From the NCBI GenBank assembly GCA_965202585.1, contig OZ241829.1, positions 64,728,001-64,792,000 on the forward strand: a stretch of 64,000 bases of DNA. The letters are read 5' to 3'. The notes under the pieces were generated by a model. The model was not told the origin of the DNA. It made no database searches and saw only the letters and a program-made list of their open reading frames with translations. Positions 24,501 through 38,000 of the stretch are shown piece by piece. Source of the stretch: Thalia democratica. Lineage: Eukaryota. The position numbers were made by a program, and so were the translations under genes. The first letter of the stretch is position 1. Each line of letters begins with the position of its first letter.

Positions 24501-27320
24501 CGATGGGTTACTATTGTTAGCGCTTTTTAAACTAAATCACCTTACTAAAACACAAGACAAGTTTTATACGTGTTTTTATAAATAAATTACATCATATTTT
24601 GTTAAACATTAAATTTAAATTCTTGCCTTTTAGATTCTTTTATTTTTTTTTAGTTTTTAAATAAACTAGTGTATTATAATCAAATTAAACATTTTGTTCT
24701 AAAAACTGTGCAAAAAATTATAAAACCGTAAAAAATTAACAAACTTTTGAATTTTCTTGGAAACATTTCAAATATTTTACGTTCAGAGAACATTATACAG
24801 GATAAAGGTATCTTAAAACATTTATTACTAGAAATAAGTCAACCAAAAAAAAAATAATATAAACATATCTTAAATAATAAGAAACATGATAAAAAAACTA
24901 AAAATTATTAAAATGATTATTTTAAATTTCAATAATATTGACCTTGTTATTATCATTTATTTTTTATATTGTTATTATACTATTTATATGTTATTTTATG
25001 TAATATGTAAAAATAAGTATAAAAATTTAAAAATACTACTTTTATGAACCTTTTTCGTTAAAATCTTTATCATTTAAAACTATTATAAGTCTTATCATTT
25101 AAAACCTTAACAAAAAAAATGGGTAAAAGTAAAAGAATTTTTCCCATCGACAAAAGCCTTTAAAAAATTAAAGTGATACTTTCTGGCCACCGTAAAAAAT
25201 ATTAGTTAAAAAAAGTGTTGGAACGAGAATAAAAATAACGAAAAAGAAAGAAAAATAACGAAATAGAGAACAAAGATAAATAGTTTAAGTTCGTTTTTGA
25301 TGTTATTGAAACCATTCAGGCATAGCTTATCTGCTTTAAAACATGGAGCCTGATGACCCAACGTATTGCTTAATATTTAAACAATCGCTTTTTATACGAC
25401 GTTTGATAATATGCATTCGAACATACATTTTTCTTTGTAGTTGCGTATTTTTTCATGTGTTCTGATTCTTCCTCCCAACATTTTACGATTGTCGGACCTT
25501 ATTTACATATTTTTGTTTGGCATGCGAGAGTAGCAGAATATTTTCTACAGATTTATGTTGAATATTTAGTTGTACGAGTGTTTAGTCCAAAGAGTTTATT
25601 AAACAATACCATAAACATGGTTTCCTTTAAGCTTGTAAAAAACCTAGAATTTGAAAATTTAGACCAAAAGAAGTCAGGAAAAACCTGTAATTTATAACAT
25701 AAATAATATAAATAAAACCGGAAATTTTGAACGAAAATAATTGAAATATCTGGAATCTAAAAGTTTTACACGTACAATAATAAAATTTCTATTGAAAAAA
25801 AAAAGTTGTTATAAAATAAAAATGATTTGTCATAAAATCAACCCAAAAACTTGTACTTTGGAAAGCCTAAAAGAAATTCAGAAAACTCGAAAAAATTTCT
25901 TAAAAACCTCACGTTACCCTGTTTAGAACTTTAACTTATTTTCGTCTTAACCCTTACACAAAACGGTGGTCAAAGAATTTTATATTATTTATAGGTTTTT
26001 TTTTGTAGCGTTTTACCCCAGTTGTGCCTGTGACCTCCTTTGTCTAACGCTTTCGTGTTCTTTTTCTTTAAGAGGTGTGCATACAATTAACATAGAAACA
26101 GTTTTATAAAAATAAGAATAATTTTATTTATATTAAAAACGTGTTGTTTCATAGGTTACTATGAAGAAGGACCAAGTAGACGCAAAAAGACTCAAGAACC
26201 AGAAGCGAAGTAACTAAAAATACTGCAAATTTGTTCCTACGTCATAGTGTTTCTTACTTTAATAGGTGAACATTGTTTGTTTTAGTTTATAAATTATAGT
26301 GAGTTGATGAAATAAGTTGAATTTGATATTTCAGAATACATTTCAATACAATTCAGTATAATACAAGTCAAAAGGTACACATTTTAAATTAAAGTTTTTT
26401 ACCATTATTACGTCATTAAATTATTTGGAATGAAGCAGGACCGGACCACCATGGTAGCCTAAACCAGAAGTCGCAGTGCACTTAAAAAAAAAAAACGTTG
26501 TCGTGGTCCGCACTTAAACGAAACATTATTAAAACAAAAATGTAATAAAATATACTATGATAAAGCACTCGTAAATAGTTTTATTATTAACATTTAAATT
26601 ATTTTATTTTAAAGTAGGGCTTAATGTTATCCGCTCTTGGAACTGTCGCTCTACAAACGAAATTTGATAAAATAATTATTTTTACATTAAAATTAAATGA
26701 GCTATCAATTCCACGGCAAAACTATGAGTTAACAGTAGCTTTAAAAGGTCCTTACAGTTCAAAAAAAACTTGTTGAGTATTTATTACATGTCGTTTTGTT
26801 GTAATAATTTTTTTTATAGTTTAAATTACTGTAAACATACATATACACAACTGAATATTTATCTTTTTAATTTCGAATTCTACCTTTTTAGTTGTACAAC
26901 TCAGTACTGTTGACCAAAACGATTTTTCAAACTTTTTATTTCATAGGTGTTTTATAATTTTATAAACTAAAAATACTCAGCTTGAATACATTTAATTATG
27001 TCATCAATTGTTTAAAAACACAGTAACATTAATATTAAAACTAGCTTTACAGTGTTAAGCTTATTTACTGTAACACAGGTTTCAAGTAATTAATTTTTTA
27101 AAACACAAAGCTTATGGTAATTTTTAGTTTTGATGATGTTGTTAAAATTAGTTTTTTGTTGTGAGTTTATTTTACTATTAACTTTTAACTTAGAGATTAA
27201 AACAAGTAAAATAATCAAACTTACTATCGAATTTGTAACATCTCAGTGAGTAAAAAATATATTATATTTATAAAGATTTTAAAATAGTATAGTTATTAGT
27301 GAAACTTGCTATTCTTTAAA

Positions 27321-27553
27321 AAATGTTAAAGTCGAAAACAAAAATAGTGTTAAAGTAAACTTAAAAACTGCAGTAATTGTTATAAACGAAAATAGAAAAT
27401 GTTAAAGTCAAAAACAAAAATAGTGTTGAAGTAAACTTAAAAACTGCAGTAATTGTTATAAATGAAAAAAGAAAATGTTAAAGTCAAAAACAAAAATATT
27501 GTTAAAGTAAACTTAAAAACTGCGGTAATTGTTATAAACGAATAAAGAAAATT
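27321..27553 (+). repeat. 76-bp minisatellite, about 3 copies
   Basis: aaatgttaaagtc(g/a)aaaacaaaaata...ttataaa(c/t)gaa units at 27321, 27397 and 27473. Confidence 0.85.
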
Positions 27554-28070
27554 TTAAAATATTTTCTTATTAAATTCATAATAATAACATTTAAGTTGAT
27601 CTTTTTAAAATAATAGCTTATCTTAATTTTGAATTAAAAGTTGCGCAATATTTATAATCTAAACAACATTAATTAAACAATTTAAAAGTTTGAGTTTTTA
27701 TTCTACACAGTGTTTCATGCGTAACGCAATGATCACGAATTTAAAACTCTATAAAGTAAGACTGACAAAGCTATATATAGTATTATTAAGTGCTAACAAT
27801 TTATACTAATAAGATTCTAGTTAAAACTGATTAAATTAAATAAGTTTGTTAAATTAACCAAAATTCCTAAGCGCTTAATAACGAATTGAATAACTATTAT
27901 AGAGCTATCATTCAAGTTATTATGAGGGTTAAATTAAATTTTAATACAAAAAACTTATTGGATTTAGCATACAATGAAATAAGTTTATGAAGTACAAATA
28001 CGATATAAATACAAGCACAAATGCAACAAACTTAAAAATGGTAAAATATGCAATTACGGACATGAAAATG

Positions 28071-29480
28071 TTATGATTTCAAATAAAATTTAGACAAGTG
28101 TCTATATTTACCAATTAACTTAGTTATGGAGTTGAGAGAGGATTTTTCGTCAGCAAATGCTATTTCCAATCTATTAATAATACACAGAGAGCATATTCTG
28201 CTCGGTTTGCGTTGATTAGTTTTATGCATTATCTTCCATTTAACATTGTTCTTAATCATATCTTCTTTGAAGTTAGCGGCGTGAAAAAACGAGCTGAATT
28301 TTGTGGATTCTTTCAGATTTTAATTTCTGCAGCTATGCATATTTTCGTTGTATCTTGTTTTAAAGTTTATTGCAGTTTCCAAAAAAATGCTGTTCTTTGT
28401 TATCATATGAGACAGTAGCTTTGTATATGAAACGTCTGGAAAGGCATTTACCTTCCACTGGGCATGAGGTTATAAATCTACAATTGCAAGTTGTTTAATT
28501 TTTCTTCTGGTTTTTACTTTCCTCTATGATTTTGAGATTTGATTTGGTGATTTCAGATTCTATGTTGGGCATACATGAATAACTTATTTTGATTGTCTTT
28601 CTGTTGAGAGTTTTATTTATCCGTATTTAGGGAAACGCTTATATACTAATTTAAGAAGATTTACCTATTTTTGTCTTTAATGTTGCGTTAAAAGGGGGGT
28701 TGTAGTATAACGTTTGCTTTTTTCTTTTTTTTTCTACCGACCGTACCATAATTTTGATATGAGTATTCTACGACTTTACTAAAGCCACTGTTTTTTAACG
28801 CCTTCTCGTATGATTCCTTGTAAGTATATGACATAGTCTTGTTTTTTGATAAAGCAGATAATATATTTTGTATCATATTATGTAGTTCTCTTTTGACGCT
28901 TGGTGGATGGTTAGAGTTTTTGTTTATGTTTTTTTCATTAGCGTTGTGTTTTCTATGGGGATAATATATCATTCTATAGATCAAGTAATACATCCAGGAT
29001 TCTATCTTACTGCTGTCCAATTCGATCTTATTTTTTAAATTTTGTTCAGAGAAACCCGCTCTTAAATTTTTTTTTGTCTTTTCTTTGATTCTTTTTGATC
29101 GCTTTTTATTTATCAAAAGTCCATCATGGCGGTACAACTCGAAGTTATCTTTAGAAAAAAATTGGTTTGAGTTTTTAAATAGGAACAAAACGATTAACTT
29201 GCAAACTTCAGCGCCATGGTAGCTTCCCATCGGAACGTCAAATAGGTCGTCTTTTGCGTTCTTTTTGATCCAAACTTCGTTGACATGTCTGAGAACTGCC
29301 TTGCATGAGCGTAGTATAGTATTTATGTCTGAGTTTGTTATTTTCATATATTTCTTTGCAAATTCGATAGATTTTTTTAGTAACATATTTTTCGAGTTAC
29401 TTGGGTAGGACTATTCTATATTAAATTTTATAAACGTGTAACTACTCTTGTTGTTGATTTTATTAAACCATTTTATAACA
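28071..29480 (-). mobile_element. Degenerate Penelope-like retroelement of a second lineage (RT, Cys motif, GIY-YIG)
   Basis: FDVPMGSYHGAEVCKL...YRHDG (RT; canonical MGSxDGAE...YRDD), PPF...KIGK, SYSCMPN, CNCRFITSCPVEGKC, YKATV, then WKIM...ICSLC...LNS...RHLSKFYL (ORF 28071-28259). Multiple frameshifts. Confidence 0.75.
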
Positions 29481-30285
29481 TTATCAGTTTTTTCCATTGC
29501 TGTAACTTAGTTTTTTCTTTAACTATATTCTAAATTCTTAACAATAATTTTATATTCTAAACAACCAAATACTATGTTAAACGCTTCTGCTACAGCAAAC
29601 AGTCAATGTATATGTTATAATACACAACATGAATGAAGTTTTACTTTTAGTAACATAATAAAGTAAATACAATTACTGGTCACTCTTCTTAACATTATTA
29701 AAACTATTGAGAAATTTAACGACCTTATGTAAACACAAGTAATATTTTGTTCAAGTTAAATATTTGTACAAAGTGTTTACCTCCTTCGTTTTATTAAAAA
29801 ATTTAATGCTTGCCTATGCTAACCAATTTTCTGCTATAAAATTCTATTTTAATAAAAATTTTTGTGTTGTAGTAACAACTGTGTCAGAAGTTTTTAAACA
29901 ATGGACATTAATTAAAATTAAGGATGTTTCTTAAAATCATGTCCATCATACTAACTTTAAACCTCGTAACAGTTTAACTCTATTTATTAAAAATAAGTAA
30001 AGTATTTCAACTAAAACATTAAAAGACTTTAAAATAAAACAAAAATAATAAAATACAAGCGTTTAAATTTGTGTTATTTTTATCACACATGTTTTAATGA
30101 ATTCAACTTGTGTATATCATAGTTTTAATTATAACTGTATAAAACTATTCGTTTAACTTTAGAAAATAATTATTATATTTTATAACTTTTACTAACAACT
30201 TAAAAAGGACTTGGTCATTTTAAACCCTAGGTAATTTGAAAACTTCTACAATTCTTTTAACTTAGAAAAATAATTATTATATATT

Positions 30286-32445
30286 CAGGGTTGCCACACA
30301 CTCAGGGAACTCAGGGAACTCAGGGAATCTCAGGGAATTTTCAAACTGTAGAAAATCTCAGGGAAACTCAGGGAATCTCAGGGAAACTCAGGGAATTTTG
30401 GCATTTTTCTTTTAACTCAGGGAAACTCAGGGAAGTTTTGATTTCTTCTCTTAATTTCAGGGAAGTTTTTGAAAATCTCAGGGAAATTTTTTTCTAGAAC
30501 TAGAATGAGATTTAGTTAATCCAGTTTCAATATTTTGTTCAAAAGTAGTAATTTTTATTATTTAAGTTGTTATTTAGAATTTTTTTAGCCTTGCGGCTAG
30601 TTCTTCAATATTCTTAGTATTCCAAGCCAAGCTTAGTATTCAAAACAGCCCAAGCATTCCTTTCATGTATGATGATATACAGAAGTTAGTATACAAGTTA
30701 AGGAATATTGTTTTTACTACTTCTTTCATGGAAGCCCATTCAAATGGAAAAAAAAGCTGCTTGAACTAAATAATAAGCACTTTCAAAATAAAAGTTTTCA
30801 CAAAAAAGATGTAGAGTTAGGATGTGCTGCTTCTACTTTAATTCAAGATTTGCTAAATCAAGGTAAAGTTTCTAACATTTTGTTCAAGTCATTTCACAAT
30901 GAATGTAAACTTTTTATATTTGCTATAATAAAAAAAATTAAAACAAGAATGACTGTTGGTTTTGACTGTTTAAGAAGGGCTGCTGTTTTAAATCCGGCAT
31001 GTCTAATTGGAATGGGTAAAGACCGTTGTGTCAGAAACTTTACAAGGTTGGTCCAACAACTTGTCAGCATGAAGAAACTAAAAGCAAAAGAGGGTGATGA
31101 CAGCATTAATCAATACATTGACTTGTTAAGTTCTTCTAACACTCAAATACTTTTTGAAAATTTTCTTGAAAAAAGTCACAGTTTAGACACCTTTTATTTT
31201 GACACACTCGATATCCCAAGCAAGTATAAAGATTTAATAAGAGTCCTTGAGGCTGTTTTTGTGCTTCACAATGGCCAGGCAAGTGTTGAATGGGGCTTTA
31301 GCTTAAATAAGGAAGTAATATCAACTAATATGGGAGAGATGACAATAAGGTCCTGAAGAATGATCAAAGATCATCTATATGCAAACAGTCTAGAACCAAG
31401 CACAATTGAACTAAGTTCTGAATTGTTAAAATTTGTAAAATCTTCTAGGGCCCAATATTTGGCATATCTTGAGCGACAGTGCTTTGCTAAAAATGTTCCA
31501 AATAAAGGTGACGCTTTGAGCAAGTTAGGAGAACAAAAAAGTAAACTTACAAAGCAACTCAAATGTTTGAATGAAGACTATGACAAATATACTGCAGATG
31601 CCAACAAACAGTCTGATTTAGAAGCAATGAAAGAATTATTAGCAAGAGGGATAGCTGCTAAGGACAACGCAAATAAACTTGAAAATAAAACTAAAACTAT
31701 TGATTTAGAAATCGCATACTTAAAAAAACAGTATTAAGATTTTTTTATTAGGTAAGGTGAAATTGTTTTAAAATCAAAATTATGTTTTCAGTTATTTAAA
31801 ATAGATTGTGTATGAACATCTAAAAGACATTAAAAAATTTTTAATTTTTGATTATTTTGTATCAGTTGTTAGGTATTAAGTTGTACTTTGATATGAGATA
31901 TTTCTTTAGCTATTTCTTTAAACTTTCTTTTTGCAGGTTTTTTTACAATAATGTTAAGCTTTTAAGTTTTATTTACTGCATTCAGAACAGTTGCTAGGAA
32001 AGACATACAAGTCATATTGAAGTTATTATGTATGCATTTAAATGAGTTCTTCATGAAAAATTATTATTATAGTATAATTAAATTTTGTCAATTAAAATGT
32101 CAAACAAATTAAACTTTATTCTTTTATGTAGAAAGTTAACTAACAAGTTTACACAAAGTTGTGCAAAAATTTACTTTTTAATTTTTAATTGGTTTAAACC
32201 TTTTAAGATTGAGTTTTTGAAAACAGTTTTTTTCATAAATTTAAAGCAGAAGCATACACATACAACCTTCCTTTTATTATTAAAGAAGAAAAATGAGAAT
32301 GAGGTATTAATAATTTGTGTTAGAAGGGAATTTTTTTTTTTAAGATTTGAAAAATACTCAGGGAAACTCAGGGAAATTTAAGGTTACTCAGGGAAATTTT
32401 TGGTCACTCAGGGAAGATTTTTTGGCTCAAAGAGTGGCAACCCTG
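30286..32445 (+). mobile_element. hAT-like DNA transposon, internally deleted, with C-terminal transposase remnant
   Basis: 12-bp TIRs cagggttgccac / gtggcaaccctg; 6-bp flanking duplication tatatt; many subterminal ctcagggaa motifs. ORFs 30850-31356 and 31360-31737 are in one frame separated by a single TGA and contain VLHNGQASVEWGFS, resembling the hAT dimerisation-domain motif. Confidence 0.8.
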
Positions 32446-33280
32446 TATATTATAACTTTTACTAGCAACTTAAAAAGGACTTGGTCATTTGAAACCCTAG
32501 GTAGATTAAAAACTTCTACAATTCTTTTTGTGCAAAAAAAAAAACGAGTGGCATCTTTTAAAATTTAAGACGAACTTTCTATGAGAAATAAATAGTCATT
32601 CACATGGAGAAAATTAGAAAATTTTGACTCTCTTGAGGTAGCCTTTAAAGTAATTTTTGATAAAAAAAAAGACCTTTCGTCTTTCGACGAAAAGTCTTTA
32701 GAAAAAAAATAGGGAAAAAATGAAAAAAAAAATGGCGCAAAAAAGCCCCCGACGAGCCGCCGCGGAAGCATACACATACAACCTTCCTTTTATTATTAAA
32801 GAAGAAAAATGAGAATGAGGTATTAATAATTTGTGTTAGAAGAGAATTTTTTTTTTTAAGATTTGAAAAATACTCAGGGAAACTCAGGGAAATTTAAGGT
32901 TACTCAGGGAAATTTTTGGTCACTCAGGGAAGATTTTTTGGCTCAAAGAGTGGCAACCCTGTATATTATAACTTTTACTAGCAACTTAAAAAGGACTTGG
33001 TCATTTGAAACCCTAGGTAGATTAAAAACTTCTACAATTGTTTTTGTGCAAAAAAAAAAACGAGTGGCATCTTTTAAAATTTAAGACGAACTTTCTATAA
33101 GAAATAAATAGTCATTCACATGGAGAAAATTAGAAAATTTTGACTCTCTTGAGGTAGCCTTTAAAGTAATTTTTGATAAAAAAAAAGACCTTTCGTCTTT
33201 CGACGAAAAGTCTTTAGAAAAAAAATAGGGAAAAAATGAAAAAAAAAATGGCGCAAAAAAGCCCCCGACGAGCCGCCGCG
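32249..33280 (+). repeat. 516-bp tandem duplication containing the hAT right end and half of the palindrome
   Basis: 32249-32764 is repeated at 32765-33280; a second right TIR ends at 32961. Confidence 0.9.
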
Positions 33281-33334
33281 GCGGCTCGTCGGGGGCTTTT
33301 TTGCGCCATTTTTTTTTTCATTTTTTCCCTATTT
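33223..33334. repeat. Perfect 112-bp palindrome with no spacer
   Basis: Base-by-base complementarity around an axis at 33278/33279; GC-rich core gcccccgacgagccgccgcggcggctcgtcgggggc. Confidence 0.95.
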
Positions 33335-35062
33335 CTCTACCAACCGTTCCTTCAACTTCACAATTTTTTTCTCAATCCACAAAATTTCGAAAAGGCAGCC
33401 CTCCCGTTGACTTTTATTTGTTTTTTCGAAGCTCTTGCTTCCCTTTCAAAACATTTCGCTTCTACTCACCTCTGACTTTTAAAGCGACTATGAGACTGAG
33501 CCGCTTATTACATGTTACAATTTGAGTGCTTCGCCTTCGCATTTTCTGTCGTACCCGGCCGAAGCTTCACCTCTAGAAATGCTTTAGTTAATATCACTCA
33601 AACGTACTTTTAACTGGGCTGAATCATGTCAGAGCTCGTTCATATTCTGCTATGCCTTCTGAGAGAGCGGCTTCTTTGCTCAACGGCTTGCTTAGGACGG
33701 CACGTGCCTTGCTCTCGCTTTACCTTCCCTTGGTGCTTATTTAATCAGGTCTGCTATACGACCTTTAATCGCCTAGCTGCGGTCTTTCGACTCCAGCTCG
33801 AGTCGACGGCCACGTCGACTCAAGCTATATGCCTGCAAAAACACTAACACACAACCCGCCTTCACCACGCCTACCCGCTTAGACGTCTAGGGATTTATTC
33901 ATTATAGCTTTACATTGTAAAATCCCTAAGCTGACTAGGTCGTCAGCTCGCTTTCTGGCACACTACAAGTGCTTCTCTTAATAGTGTAACATTAAGCATA
34001 CGCGTATGATGCCGAAATGTTCGTGTTGAAAAATTTGGCTACCCCAAGAGAGTCAAACTTTTTCTTTCTTTCATAAAATTACTTGTTTACAGTATCACTT
34101 TACTTGTATGTGATGCTCTTTATATGATCATGTTTACTAACTACACTATACACATCGATAACGACACTAAGAGGTACGCATTTGCGTAAAGTACGCACTT
34201 ACATTTATAATGAGTTAGTCTTTAAAGTATAGATGCGAAAGTTTTTGCTTTTTTCAAAATAATGTACAACTATATATTATCTATACTTTATAGCCAAATA
34301 CAATTTTATTTTAACTTAAACAGCTATGACGTTTAAGTTGTAACAAGTATGGTTCATTTGCATTGCTAAAGGTTAAATAACATATAATGTAACACACTTG
34401 TTTTAACCAAAAAACCGTTCACTGTTGCAAGGAGTGGAGTATTAAATTCATGGTTTTTACTAAATAAATTTCCTTTACATAAACACCATTTATTGTTCTA
34501 TCTATACAGTTGTTGTGCATCTATTTCTAATTCAACTGAAACTTTTTTTTATTAATTTTTACAGAAATAAACAGCCTATTAGTTTCTACTAAATGTAAGT
34601 AACAAAAGTTAAGTAAAATCACAATATGACAGATCATGTTTAATAGATAAATATATTTAGTAGTTGTCCTTTTTACATAAATATTTTAGTATTTTTTATA
34701 TAATGAACGTAAAATTTCTTTGTTAAGTTCAAGGTTGACAAGAGTTATTTAAATAATTTAGTAGTTGTATTTTTAAGGCAGTGAAACAAAAAACAAACAC
34801 TGTTACCTATATGATGTGTAATATAGTAAGATTGTACATTTCACTTTTTAAATTTAATACCAACTTAGATACACATAGCTACGAATAATTAAATGTTGTT
34901 AAAACTGTACTTTACAAACTAAATAAAAGTCTTGTTTAATTTATACCACCTTAAGCTTTTACTTAATACTGTTATATTTCAAGTATCTCAGTTCCTGTAA
35001 AATTGCTTGTTCTGTATTTTATATTTGCGAAAAAATATTTAAATACACTAATTAACTTACAG

Positions 35063-38000
35063 AGTTAAAGACCAGTTTCCAGCGTCTTGTTGCAGTTCAT
35101 TACTGCTTGAGGTGAGTTTAATTTTTTCAAAATTTAATTATTTTAACATGTTTATGGTAATTGTTTTTTTTTAAATAAATTAAGACTATACACATAAACA
35201 TATAACACATGAAAAGTAAATTTTTATTTTCGAATGAAAATTACTTTTGAGAAAGTAGAAAGAAGTCTTTTCATCTCATTCAAAAATCTCTTAAATTCAA
35301 AAATATTTGATTAAACTTCTATAAAATCTCAAACTTTGTCAAACTTTATTTTAATTAACCTTTTCAGATAGCTTTAGACTTTACTGATGCAGGTCAAACT
35401 TTTAACTTCACTGTTGAAGGAACACTGCTTGGTACAGATAATGTTGTCTTCAGTAACACAACTAGTGATCTGAGTTTGCAAGTTAAAAAAGAAAGCATTT
35501 TAATTTCAACTTCAAAAAAAATATACCTGCCAGGACAATTAGGTCACTGTTAATAAGAAATATTAATTTTAAGTTAAATTTTTATGTGCTGTATTGTTTG
35601 TTTTATAACCTTTGGTAAATATTTTAAAAATTTTATTAATGTTGTAAATTACCTATTAATGTGTCTTTTCTTAATATGTGTTTTTTATTATTAAACTTTT
35701 TTACAGTATCTTTTTTGTTACTTTATCCTAAGGGCATAAGGGTCACTTTTTCACAACTTGGTCTTATTTTATAGAGTTTTAACTAAGCTACAAATTGCTT
35801 TTTAATTACTTTTATAATTCAGTTAACTTTTGAAATATAGCTGGTAAAAGTCCGTTAGTGCAATAGGTTCCTTATGGAAGGAGAAACTAAAACTGCAAAT
35901 AAGTAGAAATCACTAGAAATCTATGTCCTTCTATGTATTTAGAGATGAATACCGCAAATTTTCAGGAAATATTCTTTGCAGTATTTAGAAAATCTGTTGT
36001 AATTAATGAAAAAATAATTAAAATACAAAATTTTTATGAACAAAAAACAAAAAAAAGTCAATTTTTTGTTAGTTTTTGAACAAAAAAGTTCAAGTTAAAA
36101 ATTTAACAATTCCTTACACTAAATTTTTAAAAACATTGCAAGGAACATTTCCTGAAAATATAAGGTATCTATCTCTAAAAGCATAGGAGGAGATAAATTT
36201 TTAGTGATTTTTACTTATTTGCAATTTTAATTTATCTCTTCCATAAAAAGCCTACTGTACTCTCCAATTTTAATCTGCTATATCTCAAAAATTATTTAAA
36301 GATTTATTAAGAGCAACTTGAAGATTTAAAACTCTGCAGAATAAAACCAAGTTGTGAGAAAACTGAATTCTCCCAATGCCGTTAAATACAGTTTCTAACT
36401 GTGAACTTAAATTTTCTCTTAAAAACTGCAAGTAAACTTGCACTTTTACAAAATTGAAGAAGTTCCTAAAAAACCACCATGGCAATCAAAGTTACCATTC
36501 TAAATAAATTGTTAATGAAAGAAAACCACTAAAAAGGCAAAAAAACTTATCTCATAGAAAATCTTTCTGCAGTTTTTAAGCAGTCTTTTTTCAAACTTCT
36601 CCTGTTCAATCTTTATGAAATTTTAAAGATGTATTTGTTTTGTTCAAATCTTTTTAGAATCAAATATTTTTGAACATTTTTAAAATGATTTTTTTTTACT
36701 AATTAATAAGATTATATTTAGAGTTTTAATTTAAAAAAAAAAGTTTTGGTTAAAAAAAATAAAATTGCCTTCTTAAAGTTGTTATAAATATTTTAAGGAA
36801 GGTTTATTCAAAACGTGAGATAATCTTAATAAGCAATATATACTTTTATTACAGTTAGTTCTTTTCAAACTTTTACACAACTTGAAAATTCTTTAGATTC
36901 TTTTTGTTTTGATCAGTAACTAAATTTATAATATACAGTAAGTTTAGACCGTTATAAAAATATTATCTTACAGCAAAAATAATATATTTTTTGATTACTT
37001 TTATATTTATTTGTTAATAATTTACCTCTTTGAAAATGAATAGTATTTTTTATAACTAAAATAAAATTGGGTATAATTTTATATCTTTAAATAAATTTTT
37101 TATTTTTGCATTCTTTATTAAAAGTTGTATAACAACGTTAATTGGTTTAACACCTATTAACGAGAAGTAATTTACTTTTAGTTTTTCAACTATTAGTTAA
37201 TCAGGTCCATAGAGCATAACAATAATCAATAAACAAAAATATATTTGGAGTGTAATTTAAAGTTGTGATAATATCACTTATATCATCAGATCACAAGCCC
37301 CGGACTGAGACTCTGGTTTTGTTTTTGTAGAAACTTATTAATTTGTTGCGACCGCAGAAACTTGCAGTTGTTAATCTACAAATACTGATTTTTCTTTCAT
37401 TTCGTTTAACTGATTGTTTTATTACAAAATATTTAAATGATAAAAATTAAGGCTAATAGCTCGTAAGAAGTTTTATAAGCATGTGGTGTACGACTTGATA
37501 AGCAAAAGGTTCTTTTGTACACCAGGTCCTTGAACCAAACTTTTTGAGCTCCTTTTTATTGTTCAATAAACAATATATTTATTTGAATACAATTTATTTA
37601 GAATCCAAAATTGCTGACGATTTGTCTTCACAGGTTGTCTACATAAGATACGTTGACGATTGTTTGGTTATATCCAAAACAGAAATAAAATTATGCAATT
37701 TTTCAAAAATTAAACTCTTTACATGAAAAGATTTCTTTTACTAGAGAAGTCGAAGAGAACAACCAGCTGCCATTTTTAGATATATTGATTATAAAAGATA
37801 AAACAAGCTTCTTAACGAATGTCTATAGAAAAACAACTTTCACTGGGCAATACTTACACTACCAATCGTTTTGTAGTAAGAAACAAAAAGTAAACCTAAT
37901 CAAAACACTATACCATAGAGCATACAGAATCTGTTCGAAAGAATTACTTCATTCAGAGGTTGAGTGAATAAAAAATGGTTACCCACCAGATTTGATTAAG

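Noticed and set aside
25300-26215. Possible small + strand exons (e.g. GYYEEGPSRRKKTQEPEAK* near 26155)
   Set aside because: Could not be joined into a phase-consistent gene and no family similarity was seen.
27321-27553. Regularly spaced repeats as a possible CRISPR array (also 43693-44598)
   Set aside because: Head-to-tail repeats without unique spacers, in eukaryotic context with no cas genes.
30291-30497. ORFs rich in TQG/LRE repeats (also 32347 and 32863)
   Set aside because: Translations of the hAT subterminal ctcagggaa motifs, not genes.
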